Part shown: piece after piece, positions 47,986-56,515 of the stretch
Layout of the letters: the number at the start of each line of letters is the position of its first letter
Position numbering within the stretch: the stretch's first letter is position 1
Position numbers and translations under genes: made by a program
The notes under the pieces: model-generated
Database searches by the model: none
The model's input: the letters and a program-made list of their open reading frames with translations, nothing else
What the model was told of the DNA's origin: nothing
Source: a virus
Lineage: Duplodnaviria > Heunggongvirae > Uroviricota > Caudoviricetes
Length of the DNA stretch: 64,000 nucleotides
Reading direction: 5' to 3' (one strand)
IMG/VR virus record: IMGVR_UViG_3300025015_000015

Positions 47986-48883
47986 GAATTACCTCTTCAA
48001 TACTTTCATCAACTATTCTTCTAACATTTTCATTAGAATTCATTTCATCCATTATTTTACAAAGTAAGGTTTTCCAATTACAACTAGAATTAGATTTTTT
48101 AGTTAAATTAGTAATAAAATCAATCAATTTTTGATTGTCCTGTTTTTCTTCTATACTTAAATCAAAAACTTCATTAACCGGTTCAAATTTTAATTTAATT
48201 GTATTAACATTATTATTTTTAGTATTTATTATCGAAACGCTTGGCTCATGTTTTAATTCAAATTCTGATATATTTTTTCTTATCAATACCCCAGGATTTA
48301 ATATTAATCTTTCTTTATATTCTTCAACAAAAGAGTAATGGTAATCCCCAGAAATTACTAAATTATATTTTGGATTCTTCTTTAAAAATTGTTTTGGCAT
48401 TTCAAGATCTTGTCCTGGAAATAATGGTCTACTGCCGATCATTGCATGAACTAAAAGTACATTATAACTACCATCTATCGGTTCAGGTATTGGTTGCCCA
48501 AAATTAGCACCATAAATTGAAATATTATTTATTTTAAATGGTATTTCATTTAATAAATTTATAACTCCTGAAGATTTTAAAACTGATAAAGGACTATTTG
48601 GTAATGTTAATATTGTTCTACCAGCGACGTCATGATTGCCAAATATGATATTCAATGTTATATCATACTTTTTTAATATATCTATTATTTTTGATATTAC
48701 TATATTTGATACACAAGGATTATCAAATAAATCACCAACTTGTACAATAACTTCACAATTATGTTCTTTAAATATTGTTAAAGATTGTTCAAATTTACAT
48801 ATTTGTGTTTCCCAAAAATTATCAAGACGACGTTCAGGTCGCTTATTATTAAAATGGCAATCTCCCAATGCTCCAATAATCAT
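47972..48883 (-). CDS. Mre11/SbcD-like nuclease (T4 gp47-like calcineurin-fold phosphoesterase)
   Basis: GALGDCHF, VQVGDLFD, IIFGNHDV phosphoesterase motifs; start trimmed to MIIGALGD (ATGA overlap with the HNH stop). Confidence 0.7.
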   Translation of the reverse strand: MIIGALGDCHFNNKRPERRLDNFWETQICKFEQSLTIFKEHNCEVIVQVGDLFDNPCVSNIVISKIIDILKKYDITLNIIFGNHDVAGRTILTLPNSPLSVLKSSGVINLLNEIPFKINNISIYGANFGQPIPEPIDGSYNVLLVHAMIGSRPLFPGQDLEMPKQFLKKNPKYNLVISGDYHYSFVEEYKERLILNPGVLIRKNISEFELKHEPSVSIINTKNNNVNTIKLKFEPVNEVFDLSIEEKQDNQKLIDFITNLTKKSNSSCNWKTLLCKIMDEMNSNENVRRIVDESIEEVIHGSN

Positions 48884-49629
48884 TTTTGTCCTCCAATAAT
48901 ATGGGGACAAATACCATCATGAAATTGTCTTCCAAGATTGCAATTCCAACAAAGAACTTGAAGATCATCAGGAAAATTATTTTTTATTATCCAGTAATAA
49001 AATTTATCCACACAACTAAGTTTTATTTCTTTTCTATGTTCTGCTCCGTTATTATTTATATGATTTATAGTTAGAACATCAATTTCGGATTGTCCACAGC
49101 ATTTACACTTACTGCCATAGTGGGAAAAAATTTTGACTTTCAATTTTGATCTTCTTATTGTATTTCTCTCCGAATATTTAGTGTGTTTATGTTCCTCTTT
49201 TTTATGTTTTAATTCTTTTTTAAAATTACAATTAAAACAAAGAACTTGAAAGCCTGGTGGAAAATTATTTCTAATAAGCCATAAATAAGTTGCTATTCCA
49301 CTATGAATTTTATATTTATACCTATCATTATTAATATGATCAATACATAAAAAATCAAAATTATTTTCTTTACAAACTTTACATTCATGTCCATAATGAT
49401 TAAAAATGCGTGTTTTTATATTATCATAATTTTCTTTATGACGCTTTCTTATTTTACATTTATTTTTAATATAATATGCCTTGGATCGTTTTTTGTCACA
49501 TTTCTTTGAACATTTTTTACATTCTGGTCTTAGTTTATTTCCATTTTTATAGAAATTTTCTGTTGTAGCAGGTTTTTCTTTATGACATTTAGTACAAATT
49601 TTAGTTTTAACTTCTTCCATATTACTCAT
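48880..49629 (-). CDS. HNH homing endonuclease with N-terminal zinc-finger motif and duplicated HNH modules (intact family member)
   Basis: KICTKCHKEKP...CKKCSKK; CIDHINNDRY...VLCFNCNFKK and INHINNNGAEH...VLCWNCNLGRQ. Confidence 0.7.
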   Translation of the reverse strand: MSNMEEVKTKICTKCHKEKPATTENFYKNGNKLRPECKKCSKKCDKKRSKAYYIKNKCKIRKRHKENYDNIKTRIFNHYGHECKVCKENNFDFLCIDHINNDRYKYKIHSGIATYLWLIRNNFPPGFQVLCFNCNFKKELKHKKEEHKHTKYSERNTIRRSKLKVKIFSHYGSKCKCCGQSEIDVLTINHINNNGAEHRKEIKLSCVDKFYYWIIKNNFPDDLQVLCWNCNLGRQFHDGICPHIIGGQK

Positions 49630-50716
49630 TATTTAACAGTTTTTCCTTTGATGTTTCATTAAGATCTTCACCACAGTACGGACATTCAGTTAATTCTTCC
49701 ATTGATGTATTTATTAACTCTTTTTGGGCTTTAACTAGTTGTTCAAATTCTTCAATTCTGCTATCATTAAATTTTATTTTACTAATTAATGATTCAAGAT
49801 TAGTCAATTTTGAATTAATTTTAGTATATTTATTTAATATATCAGTTTTTCTAATTACTTCATCAATTTCGTCTGCTTTAATACATGGTATTGAAATTGT
49901 TTTTATCTGTTTAATAGTTAATTTAATGGAATTAACAGATGATAAAACAAATTCATATTTTTCTAATTCTTTCTCGCTTTGTTTAATAATATCATCAAGA
50001 TTTTCTGGTATTGAAGAAATTCTATTATTAACATTTTTAATATCATTAATTAACTTAGATAAATTTTTAACTAATAATTCTTTATTTAATTTATTATTAA
50101 TTTTTATTTCAGCTTCTTCAATAAGATTCTTTAGTTTAATAAGATCAATATTTTCTAATTCTTTAATTTCAGTATTAATACCATTTAATTCTAATTCAAC
50201 ATTTTCCAATTTTCCATTATTTACTCTAATTTTTGAACCAATATTTGATATAACTTTATCTATTTGATCAAGACCGTATGTTTCTCGTATAATTAATGCT
50301 ATTTGACCGGCAGATTCATACACAAGATAATATGGATTAGTTTGCCACTGTATATTAATTTCATCCATATTAATTAAAGAGGATACTTCCTCCGGGACAT
50401 TATTACCAAAGGCCGTTAAAACCATGTCTTCGGAATTTGAATCAGTATGAATTGTATATGAATTAGTTTTTCCTCTTGTTCTTGTTATTGAAGAATTTAC
50501 TTCATCTGATAACTCCAACTTAACTGAGGCTTCTTCAGTACCAGTTCTTATAAACCCTTCACCAAGAGGTCTGTTTGACCTAACCCAATTTAAAGCTCGA
50601 AGTGAGGATGTTTTTCCAGAATCTCCTGTACCTATAATAACATTAAAACCTTTTGAAAAATCAAAAATAGATTCTTTATGAGATTGAAAGTTTTTTATTA
50701 TTAGTTTTTTAATCAC
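49622..50716 (-). CDS. Rad50/SbcC-like ATPase, N-terminal half ending at the zinc hook
   Basis: Walker A IIGTGDSGKTS; long coiled coil; C-terminal CPYCGEDL (CxxC hook). Confidence 0.6.
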   Translation of the reverse strand: MIKKLIIKNFQSHKESIFDFSKGFNVIIGTGDSGKTSSLRALNWVRSNRPLGEGFIRTGTEEASVKLELSDEVNSSITRTRGKTNSYTIHTDSNSEDMVLTAFGNNVPEEVSSLINMDEINIQWQTNPYYLVYESAGQIALIIRETYGLDQIDKVISNIGSKIRVNNGKLENVELELNGINTEIKELENIDLIKLKNLIEEAEIKINNKLNKELLVKNLSKLINDIKNVNNRISSIPENLDDIIKQSEKELEKYEFVLSSVNSIKLTIKQIKTISIPCIKADEIDEVIRKTDILNKYTKINSKLTNLESLISKIKFNDSRIEEFEQLVKAQKELINTSMEELTECPYCGEDLNETSKEKLLNNE

Positions 50717-50719
50717 AAA

Positions 50720-51028
50720 TTATGCCCAACCTTCAGAACTTTTTTCAACAATAAGTTCTTTAATTATTGAACAATCTTTAAGAAGAGGTTCACCATCACT
50801 TCCAAATCCAATAACCTGTCCAGTTACCTGATACATTTTTCTATCTAAACAACCGGATAAAGTAACACATGAACCACCTTTCATGTTTGGAAGTAAAATA
50901 TTAATTTTACCATTTCTATCTACAGCTTCGTAGACGGAAACGCCCTGTTCCAACTCTCCAGTAAGAAAATTTTTTGATTTTCCATCTGAAGGAGTTTCAC
51001 CAAATCTAACAAAGATAAATTTAATCAT
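50720..51028 (-). CDS. hypothetical protein
   Basis: ORF only. Confidence 0.25.
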   Translation of the reverse strand: MIKFIFVRFGETPSDGKSKNFLTGELEQGVSVYEAVDRNGKINILLPNMKGGSCVTLSGCLDRKMYQVTGQVIGFGSDGEPLLKDCSIIKELIVEKSSEGWA

Positions 51029-51515
51029 TTAATTTTATTTCCTTTTCATATAGATCAGGACGCAATTCTTTTAAAGCTTTCATTACAATATTAGTCTGTT
51101 CTTCCTCAGTAAGTTCATGGATATATTTGGCTTCTTTTGCCATATCGCATATTTTATCTAACCAAAGATCTCCACGTACTCCTACAACTTTAATTCCAAT
51201 AAATAATGGATTATTATGAATAGCTTTAGGCCCAAACTTATGATAAATGGGGGATAATAATATTCCATTAGCTATATTCCACCTACTAGTATAACATCTT
51301 CGGTCAATAATATGATGAGCATTAACTAATTTTATATCTCCTGAAATAAAACATCTTCTACCACCAGCTTCATATACCACCTTTCTCCAAGCAGCATCAA
51401 GTCTAGCTCGATATTTGATAACAAGATGATGTATACCTTTTGGAATTCGTTTCTTTTTTTTAGCCATTACCACACACGTTTCTTCCTTTCTTCGGTATGA
51501 TAAGCTTCTTTCCAC
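51021..51515 (-). CDS. HNH-like nuclease (possible junction-resolving/recombination nuclease)
   Basis: CFISGDIKLVNAHHII...NGILLSPIYH. Confidence 0.3.
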   Translation of the reverse strand: MERSLSYRRKEETCVVMAKKKKRIPKGIHHLVIKYRARLDAAWRKVVYEAGGRRCFISGDIKLVNAHHIIDRRCYTSRWNIANGILLSPIYHKFGPKAIHNNPLFIGIKVVGVRGDLWLDKICDMAKEAKYIHELTEEEQTNIVMKALKELRPDLYEKEIKLND

Positions 51516-52558
51516 ATTCGTTCAACTTCTTCTTTTAATTTATCCTCAAGATTTTCGGATTCTATTTTTTTAATCCAATTTGACATTATCTTCTTTTCAC
51601 CCCAAAGTTCAATTTCTGCACCTTTTGTTTTTGCCTCTTTTTCTCCATTTTGAAATTCTGATATAAAATATAAAGAAGATGCAATATTATCCAAACCATA
51701 ATCAAAGAGCACTCTAAATCTTCCGGATCTCATTGGTGAAGCCACCTTATTCTTTGTTACTTCAAATTTACACCAGAATCCAACTACTTTCTTTGATGTA
51801 TTCTCTATACGACCATCACTCCTTAAATAAATTCTTACTGAACTATAAAATTCAAGTGCTCTTCCACCACTTACAACTTCTGCCCTTCCCATATTAAGAT
51901 TGTCACGGGTTTGATCGATTACAAATAAAGATATATTATTATCAGCAATGGATCTTAAACATTTTCTAAACGCTGTAGATACAATCCTTGGTTTTGTAAG
52001 ACCCATTGTTTTTTCCATTAAATCATCTTTCTTTTCTGCTTCTGATGGTAATGCCGTCCACGAATCAACTGCTACAATCCTTGATCCTGTTGTCTTTTCC
52101 TTAGCCTTATCTTCATTATCCTCCTCATCTGACTCCTTATCCTTTTTAATCTTCTTTTTCTTATAAAGTGATGGAAGATATTTATCAAAAAAGGTTTCGA
52201 CTGTATCAGGAGCTTCGGTATCAATTAACCTAAAGTCCTTATTTGTTGCATCAAGTCCATACATCTTTGCAAAATTAGCATCAAATGTACGTTCTATATC
52301 AACAAAATCAGCTAACATTCCCTGTCTTAAGGCATATCCAAGAATAGTAGTGGCAAGAACAGTCTTACATGTACTAAATCCACCATATACCTGAATAACA
52401 CGGCCAACAGGAATTCCACCAGGAAGTTGATTAGCTATTGCTAAATCAAGTACGGTACAGCCGGTGGAGCACCAATGTTTAATCGCAGGAAGATCTTCAA
52501 CATTACACTTCTTTACAGCTTCACCGGCAGCATCCAAATCCACTGTATCATCATTCAT
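51467..52558 (-). CDS. RecA/UvsX-like recombinase
   Basis: GGIPVGRVIQVYGGFSTCKTVLAT matches RecA [22 protein letters not shown]. Confidence 0.8.
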   Translation of the reverse strand: MNDDTVDLDAAGEAVKKCNVEDLPAIKHWCSTGCTVLDLAIANQLPGGIPVGRVIQVYGGFSTCKTVLATTILGYALRQGMLADFVDIERTFDANFAKMYGLDATNKDFRLIDTEAPDTVETFFDKYLPSLYKKKKIKKDKESDEEDNEDKAKEKTTGSRIVAVDSWTALPSEAEKKDDLMEKTMGLTKPRIVSTAFRKCLRSIADNNISLFVIDQTRDNLNMGRAEVVSGGRALEFYSSVRIYLRSDGRIENTSKKVVGFWCKFEVTKNKVASPMRSGRFRVLFDYGLDNIASSLYFISEFQNGEKEAKTKGAEIELWGEKKIMSNWIKKIESENLEDKLKEEVERMWKEAYHTEERKKRVW

Positions 52559-52911
52559 TACTTATTCTCCTGCTTTGCAATTTCTGTTAACCTATCTTTA
52601 TCTTGTGGCCAGAAATAAACTTTCATATCTTCATTTTCAGCTATACTTTTTTCATTCGTAGCTCCAGTTGATTTTTCCCAATCAGGAATCATTACAACTA
52701 GATCACATCTTTTCATTAACTCAATAACACCATTTAAAAAATTCTCATCTGGAATATCACCATCAAACAATCCTGAATTCTTATGTGGACAAACTACCAC
52801 AAATCCCAATTTCCAAAGTTCCAAAGCCACAGCTTCAGCTTTATTAATATTTTCAACTATTCCACGAATAGTTTTAGCTCGATATGGTCCAGCAACATAT
52901 GCTATCTTCAT
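52558..52911 (-). CDS. DUF4406 / nucleoside 2-deoxyribosyltransferase-like protein
   Basis: MKIAYVAGPYRA...VVVCPH...CDLVVMIPDWEKSTGATNE. Confidence 0.5.
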   Translation of the reverse strand: MKIAYVAGPYRAKTIRGIVENINKAEAVALELWKLGFVVVCPHKNSGLFDGDIPDENFLNGVIELMKRCDLVVMIPDWEKSTGATNEKSIAENEDMKVYFWPQDKDRLTEIAKQENK

Positions 52912-52944
52912 AATTAATTTCCTTTAATATTGATTTTTCTTTTA

Positions 52945-53481
52945 TTAGGATTCATTATCATCCTTTTTACTATCATCATTACGTTCCAAGAATCTCTTTC
53001 TCTTTAATTCTATAATGTCCTGTTGAGTAACACCCTCCAGGGCTTCCTCTTCTTTCTTCATTGGTTGCTTTGAATAATACTCATGAACATAAAGAGAAAC
53101 TGCTTCACGAATTAAAGACTTTCGCTGTTCAACTGCTGCATAAACAACATCAATGGCATCAGATTGCTCATCAAGAACATTAAACTCTTTTAAAGCAGTT
53201 TGATATTCTGGTTCACAAATAATAGCAGCAGCAACAGTTGCTTCGGTAGGCTTGTCAAGGTTAAACTTTCCTGGGTTCCTCTTCATATCAAGAAGCAATT
53301 TAGATTTAATTAACTCAAGCTTATCTTTTGCATCCTTTGCCTGCCTTTTAGCATCCACCTTAACACTACCAACTTCCTCAAGAAGAATAGGCTGATTACA
53401 AGCTTCTATTTCAAGGTTAAATCTATCAATTCCAAGCTTACCACCAAATTCATTTAGTAAATCACGAAATCCTGCGTCCAT
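52945..53481 (-). CDS. hypothetical protein (position of a recombination mediator such as UvsY, unproven)
   Basis: ORF between the recombinase and the SSB. Confidence 0.2.
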   Translation of the reverse strand: MDAGFRDLLNEFGGKLGIDRFNLEIEACNQPILLEEVGSVKVDAKRQAKDAKDKLELIKSKLLLDMKRNPGKFNLDKPTEATVAAAIICEPEYQTALKEFNVLDEQSDAIDVVYAAVEQRKSLIREAVSLYVHEYYSKQPMKKEEEALEGVTQQDIIELKRKRFLERNDDSKKDDNES

Positions 53482-53877
53482 ATTTAACTCCTACAATTAA
53501 CTAATTATTTCATTATATGTTCAATAGGAAGACGAATTTTAATTTTAGTCCATATTGGAATGAAAAAGATATACAATGTGGTTTTAATTATTCCCCATAC
53601 ATCCTTATTAGGGTCAAATTGATTAGATTCAGTTAATAATCCAATAAACATATTAACCTCCTATAATTTCATCAATATCCTCACTTAATGCTTCAATATC
53701 AATATTGTCGTCTTCACCATATTTGCCACTACAAATATTACTAAGTAAACAACTGAATTCTTCTTTTAATGTTTTCTGAATTCCATCCATTTATATCCAT
53801 TTCAAAAATTAAAATAAGAGGAATATCCTATTAACAAAACCAGTAGGATATCCTCTCATGGACATAGAATCTATTAG

Positions 53878-54738
53878 TTACTCCTTACTACGCTCTTTCT
53901 TAAGACGCTCAATACGCTCCTTAATAGTTTCCTTTACTTCCTTAGGCTTTTCTTTTTTAACTTCAGCTTTAGAATTTTCATTCTTAGGAGCATCATCCAC
54001 TACTTCAGCAGGCTCTTCCGAAGATCCTAGACTTTCCTCTTCCGGTTCAATGTTATCATCCATACCAAATAGCTGCTTCTTTAATTCCTCTTCAGTTGGA
54101 ACAAGAAGAACATCCTCAAAATCAGGAACACCATCAAGCCATTCATCCGGAATAACAGAAGATTTTGCCAACTTAAATCCTGAATATTTAGTATTAGTTG
54201 CTTTCATTCCTTCTCTATTAAATTCAATATCGCATCCTTGCTGTTGATCGGAAACATCAATGGTTGCTTTAGTTCTACGATCACGAGAAAGTTTAATAGT
54301 TTCATCCTTAATCTGAGATGGAGAGTCAAACCAATGTAACCCAAGTGCTGCACTCTTATCGTTTGTAACATCATAAATAAAGAATAAATATCGTAAAGAA
54401 GCTCTAAGCTCTTTAATTCTTGGATCATCCTGATTCTTTCTACGAAGACCTTCTACGTATTCACAAATAGGACATTTCTTACCAACAGTCTTAAGACAAA
54501 GATAAGTATTTCCATCAGGTCCAATATTACTATGCTTATGAGCCTCCAAACCATAAAAAGCACCTTTAATAGACTTTGGTGTTGGAATAATACGAATAAA
54601 GTTATCACCTTCCTTAGACTTATACTTCTTAATCCCAAGACGCTCAAGAACGTCAGTATCAACCCACTCAAATCTCCTAGTCTTTCCACGTTCACTAGAC
54701 TTCTTAAATTCATTATCAAGAGCATTCATATCCGCCAT
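53878..54738 (-). CDS. gp32-like single-stranded DNA-binding protein
   Basis: IRIIPTPKS...AFYGLEAHKH...YLCLKTVGKKCPICEY parallels T4 gp32 IRFLPSKND...YIETCSS...VCPVCQY, with an acidic C-terminal tail; start taken at the second ATG after GGAGGAAA. Confidence 0.6.
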   Translation of the reverse strand: MADMNALDNEFKKSSERGKTRRFEWVDTDVLERLGIKKYKSKEGDNFIRIIPTPKSIKGAFYGLEAHKHSNIGPDGNTYLCLKTVGKKCPICEYVEGLRRKNQDDPRIKELRASLRYLFFIYDVTNDKSAALGLHWFDSPSQIKDETIKLSRDRRTKATIDVSDQQQGCDIEFNREGMKATNTKYSGFKLAKSSVIPDEWLDGVPDFEDVLLVPTEEELKKQLFGMDDNIEPEEESLGSSEEPAEVVDDAPKNENSKAEVKKEKPKEVKETIKERIERLKKERSKE

Positions 54739-54756
54739 TACAGTTTCCTCCAATAA

Positions 54757-55731
54757 TTATAAACACGCTTTTGCAACCATCATACATAGTTGCGATTTAC
54801 CACCATAAAAGGTATTAACTGAAAATATTTCCATTAAATTTTTAATATCTCTACAATCATCAATCTTATTTTTAGCAGCAAATGACGACATTTTTCCAGC
54901 TAAAATTGTCATTAAATATTTTCTTATCTTCTCTGAATCTTCATTTACTTTATCAAATGTCTCAATTATTTTACTAAAGCTTTTAATTCTTAACTCCGGT
55001 CCTTGAATTAAAAGTTTACATAAATCTTGAATTGTATTTTCATTATCAGTAGACATTGATAAAATTTCAATTGCTTCTTCAATGGTAAGATCAATTACTT
55101 TTTCAAGTAATACTAGTGCTGTTCTTGGGGATCCATCGGAAACAGAAGCAATACCTGCCATTAAATCTTGTGGTGTTGTTTGAACCCCACCAATAATACC
55201 AGTTGGTAAAACAATTGAATGTGTGATACATACATGATCAAGAAGTGTTTCCAATTGTTTTATCCCGATTTTACATACTTCATATTCAGTACAACGATTT
55301 CTAATAGTAGGAATTAAGGATTTAGGCTCAGTAGTACAGAATATAAAATAATAATCCTCTTTAATATCTTCAAGAACCTTTAATAATGCTTCTTGTGCAG
55401 ACGAAGTTAATTCATGACATTCATCAAAAATAAAACATTTTGGGTCTGTTTCAAATGTTAAATCCTGCATTAAACCGCTAATTTCTCTTGTTGTTTCAAT
55501 TCCACGAGTATTAGCGGCATTTAATTCAAATACATTCTTTCCTTCACATCCAAGTTGATCAGCAAGAATTCTAGCCAATGTAGTTTTCCCACATCCAGTT
55601 GGTCCAGAAAATAAGAAAACGTGTGGTCTATCCTTAGATTTTCTACATAAAACTTTCTTTAATGCTGATACTGTAGTTTTATTACCAACCACATTATCAA
55701 AAATTGTTGGTCTAGCTTCTTGATATAACAT
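54757..55731 (-). CDS. DNA polymerase III gamma/tau (DnaX)-like clamp-loader ATPase
   Basis: ARPTIFDNVVG, FSGPTGCGKTTLARILADQLGC, FDECHELT...ALLKVLE, CTTEPKSLIPTIRNRC, GSPRTALVLLEKVI all parallel DnaX boxes. Confidence 0.7.
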   Translation of the reverse strand: MLYQEARPTIFDNVVGNKTTVSALKKVLCRKSKDRPHVFLFSGPTGCGKTTLARILADQLGCEGKNVFELNAANTRGIETTREISGLMQDLTFETDPKCFIFDECHELTSSAQEALLKVLEDIKEDYYFIFCTTEPKSLIPTIRNRCTEYEVCKIGIKQLETLLDHVCITHSIVLPTGIIGGVQTTPQDLMAGIASVSDGSPRTALVLLEKVIDLTIEEAIEILSMSTDNENTIQDLCKLLIQGPELRIKSFSKIIETFDKVNEDSEKIRKYLMTILAGKMSSFAAKNKIDDCRDIKNLMEIFSVNTFYGGKSQLCMMVAKACL

Positions 55732-55733
55732 CT

Positions 55734-56084
55734 TTATTCCTCATTATTTTCATCTTTCCAGAATTCTTCACTAACTTCATCATTTTTTTCAACTTCTTCA
55801 ATAACTTCTAATTGCTCTTCAATTGAAGGTGCTTTAGCTTCTGGAACTTCAATAGGTTTAACATCCTCAATATGCTTTACAACCCCATTCTTCTTAGCAT
55901 TAACCTTCCTCTTAGCCATACATACAGTAATGTTGGCATACTTCTTAGCAGTACCACCGTCACGACCATCCTCCATATACCTCTTAACTACAGCGGCCTT
56001 TACCGCTTGAATCTCAACACCTTCACTAATAAGCTTTTTTGCCAAATTGAAAACACCCTTTGTAACTCTCTTTTCGTCTGCCAT
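55734..56084 (-). CDS. hypothetical protein with an acidic C-terminus
   Basis: ORF only. Confidence 0.25.
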   Translation of the reverse strand: MADEKRVTKGVFNLAKKLISEGVEIQAVKAAVVKRYMEDGRDGGTAKKYANITVCMAKRKVNAKKNGVVKHIEDVKPIEVPEAKAPSIEEQLEVIEEVEKNDEVSEEFWKDENNEE

Positions 56085-56104
56085 AATAACCTCCGATTAT
56101 AATA

Positions 56105-56515
56105 TTAACCAATTGATATTTTACCATCCTTTTCAATACTGATTTTAAATGGATAAATTTGTTGTAGACTTTCAACTTTGTATAAAACAGGACGAGTTTC
56201 TCCATCCAAAAGAACCATTGTCCAAAATCCATCATCATTAACTTCAATACATGTATGCGGTTCAAGTCTATATCCAACTCTTCCTTCATCATCTCCATCA
56301 ATAATTTTTATTCTACTCTCCTTTCTATCTGTTTTACTTGATAGATTAATAAATTGCAAATCATCAATTCCTTTTATGGCTTCATTAAATAAAGAATCAA
56401 TTACTTTATTTCCATGTTTAGATCTAAATTGTCTTTTTATAAAAAATATAACTTTTTCGTAATACTTTTTAAACATTAATTCTCCTATAATTTTAACGGT
56501 TCTAATGAATACCAA
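56105..56515 (-). CDS. hypothetical protein
   Basis: ORF only. Confidence 0.25.
   Translation of the reverse strand: MVFIRTVKIIGELMFKKYYEKVIFFIKRQFRSKHGNKVIDSLFNEAIKGIDDLQFINLSSKTDRKESRIKIIDGDDEGRVGYRLEPHTCIEVNDDGFWTMVLLDGETRPVLYKVESLQQIYPFKISIEKDGKISIG

Noticed and set aside
52945-53481. Calling the ORF between the recombinase and the SSB UvsY
   Set aside because: Support comes from position only, with no recognisable UvsY motif, so it is left as hypothetical.
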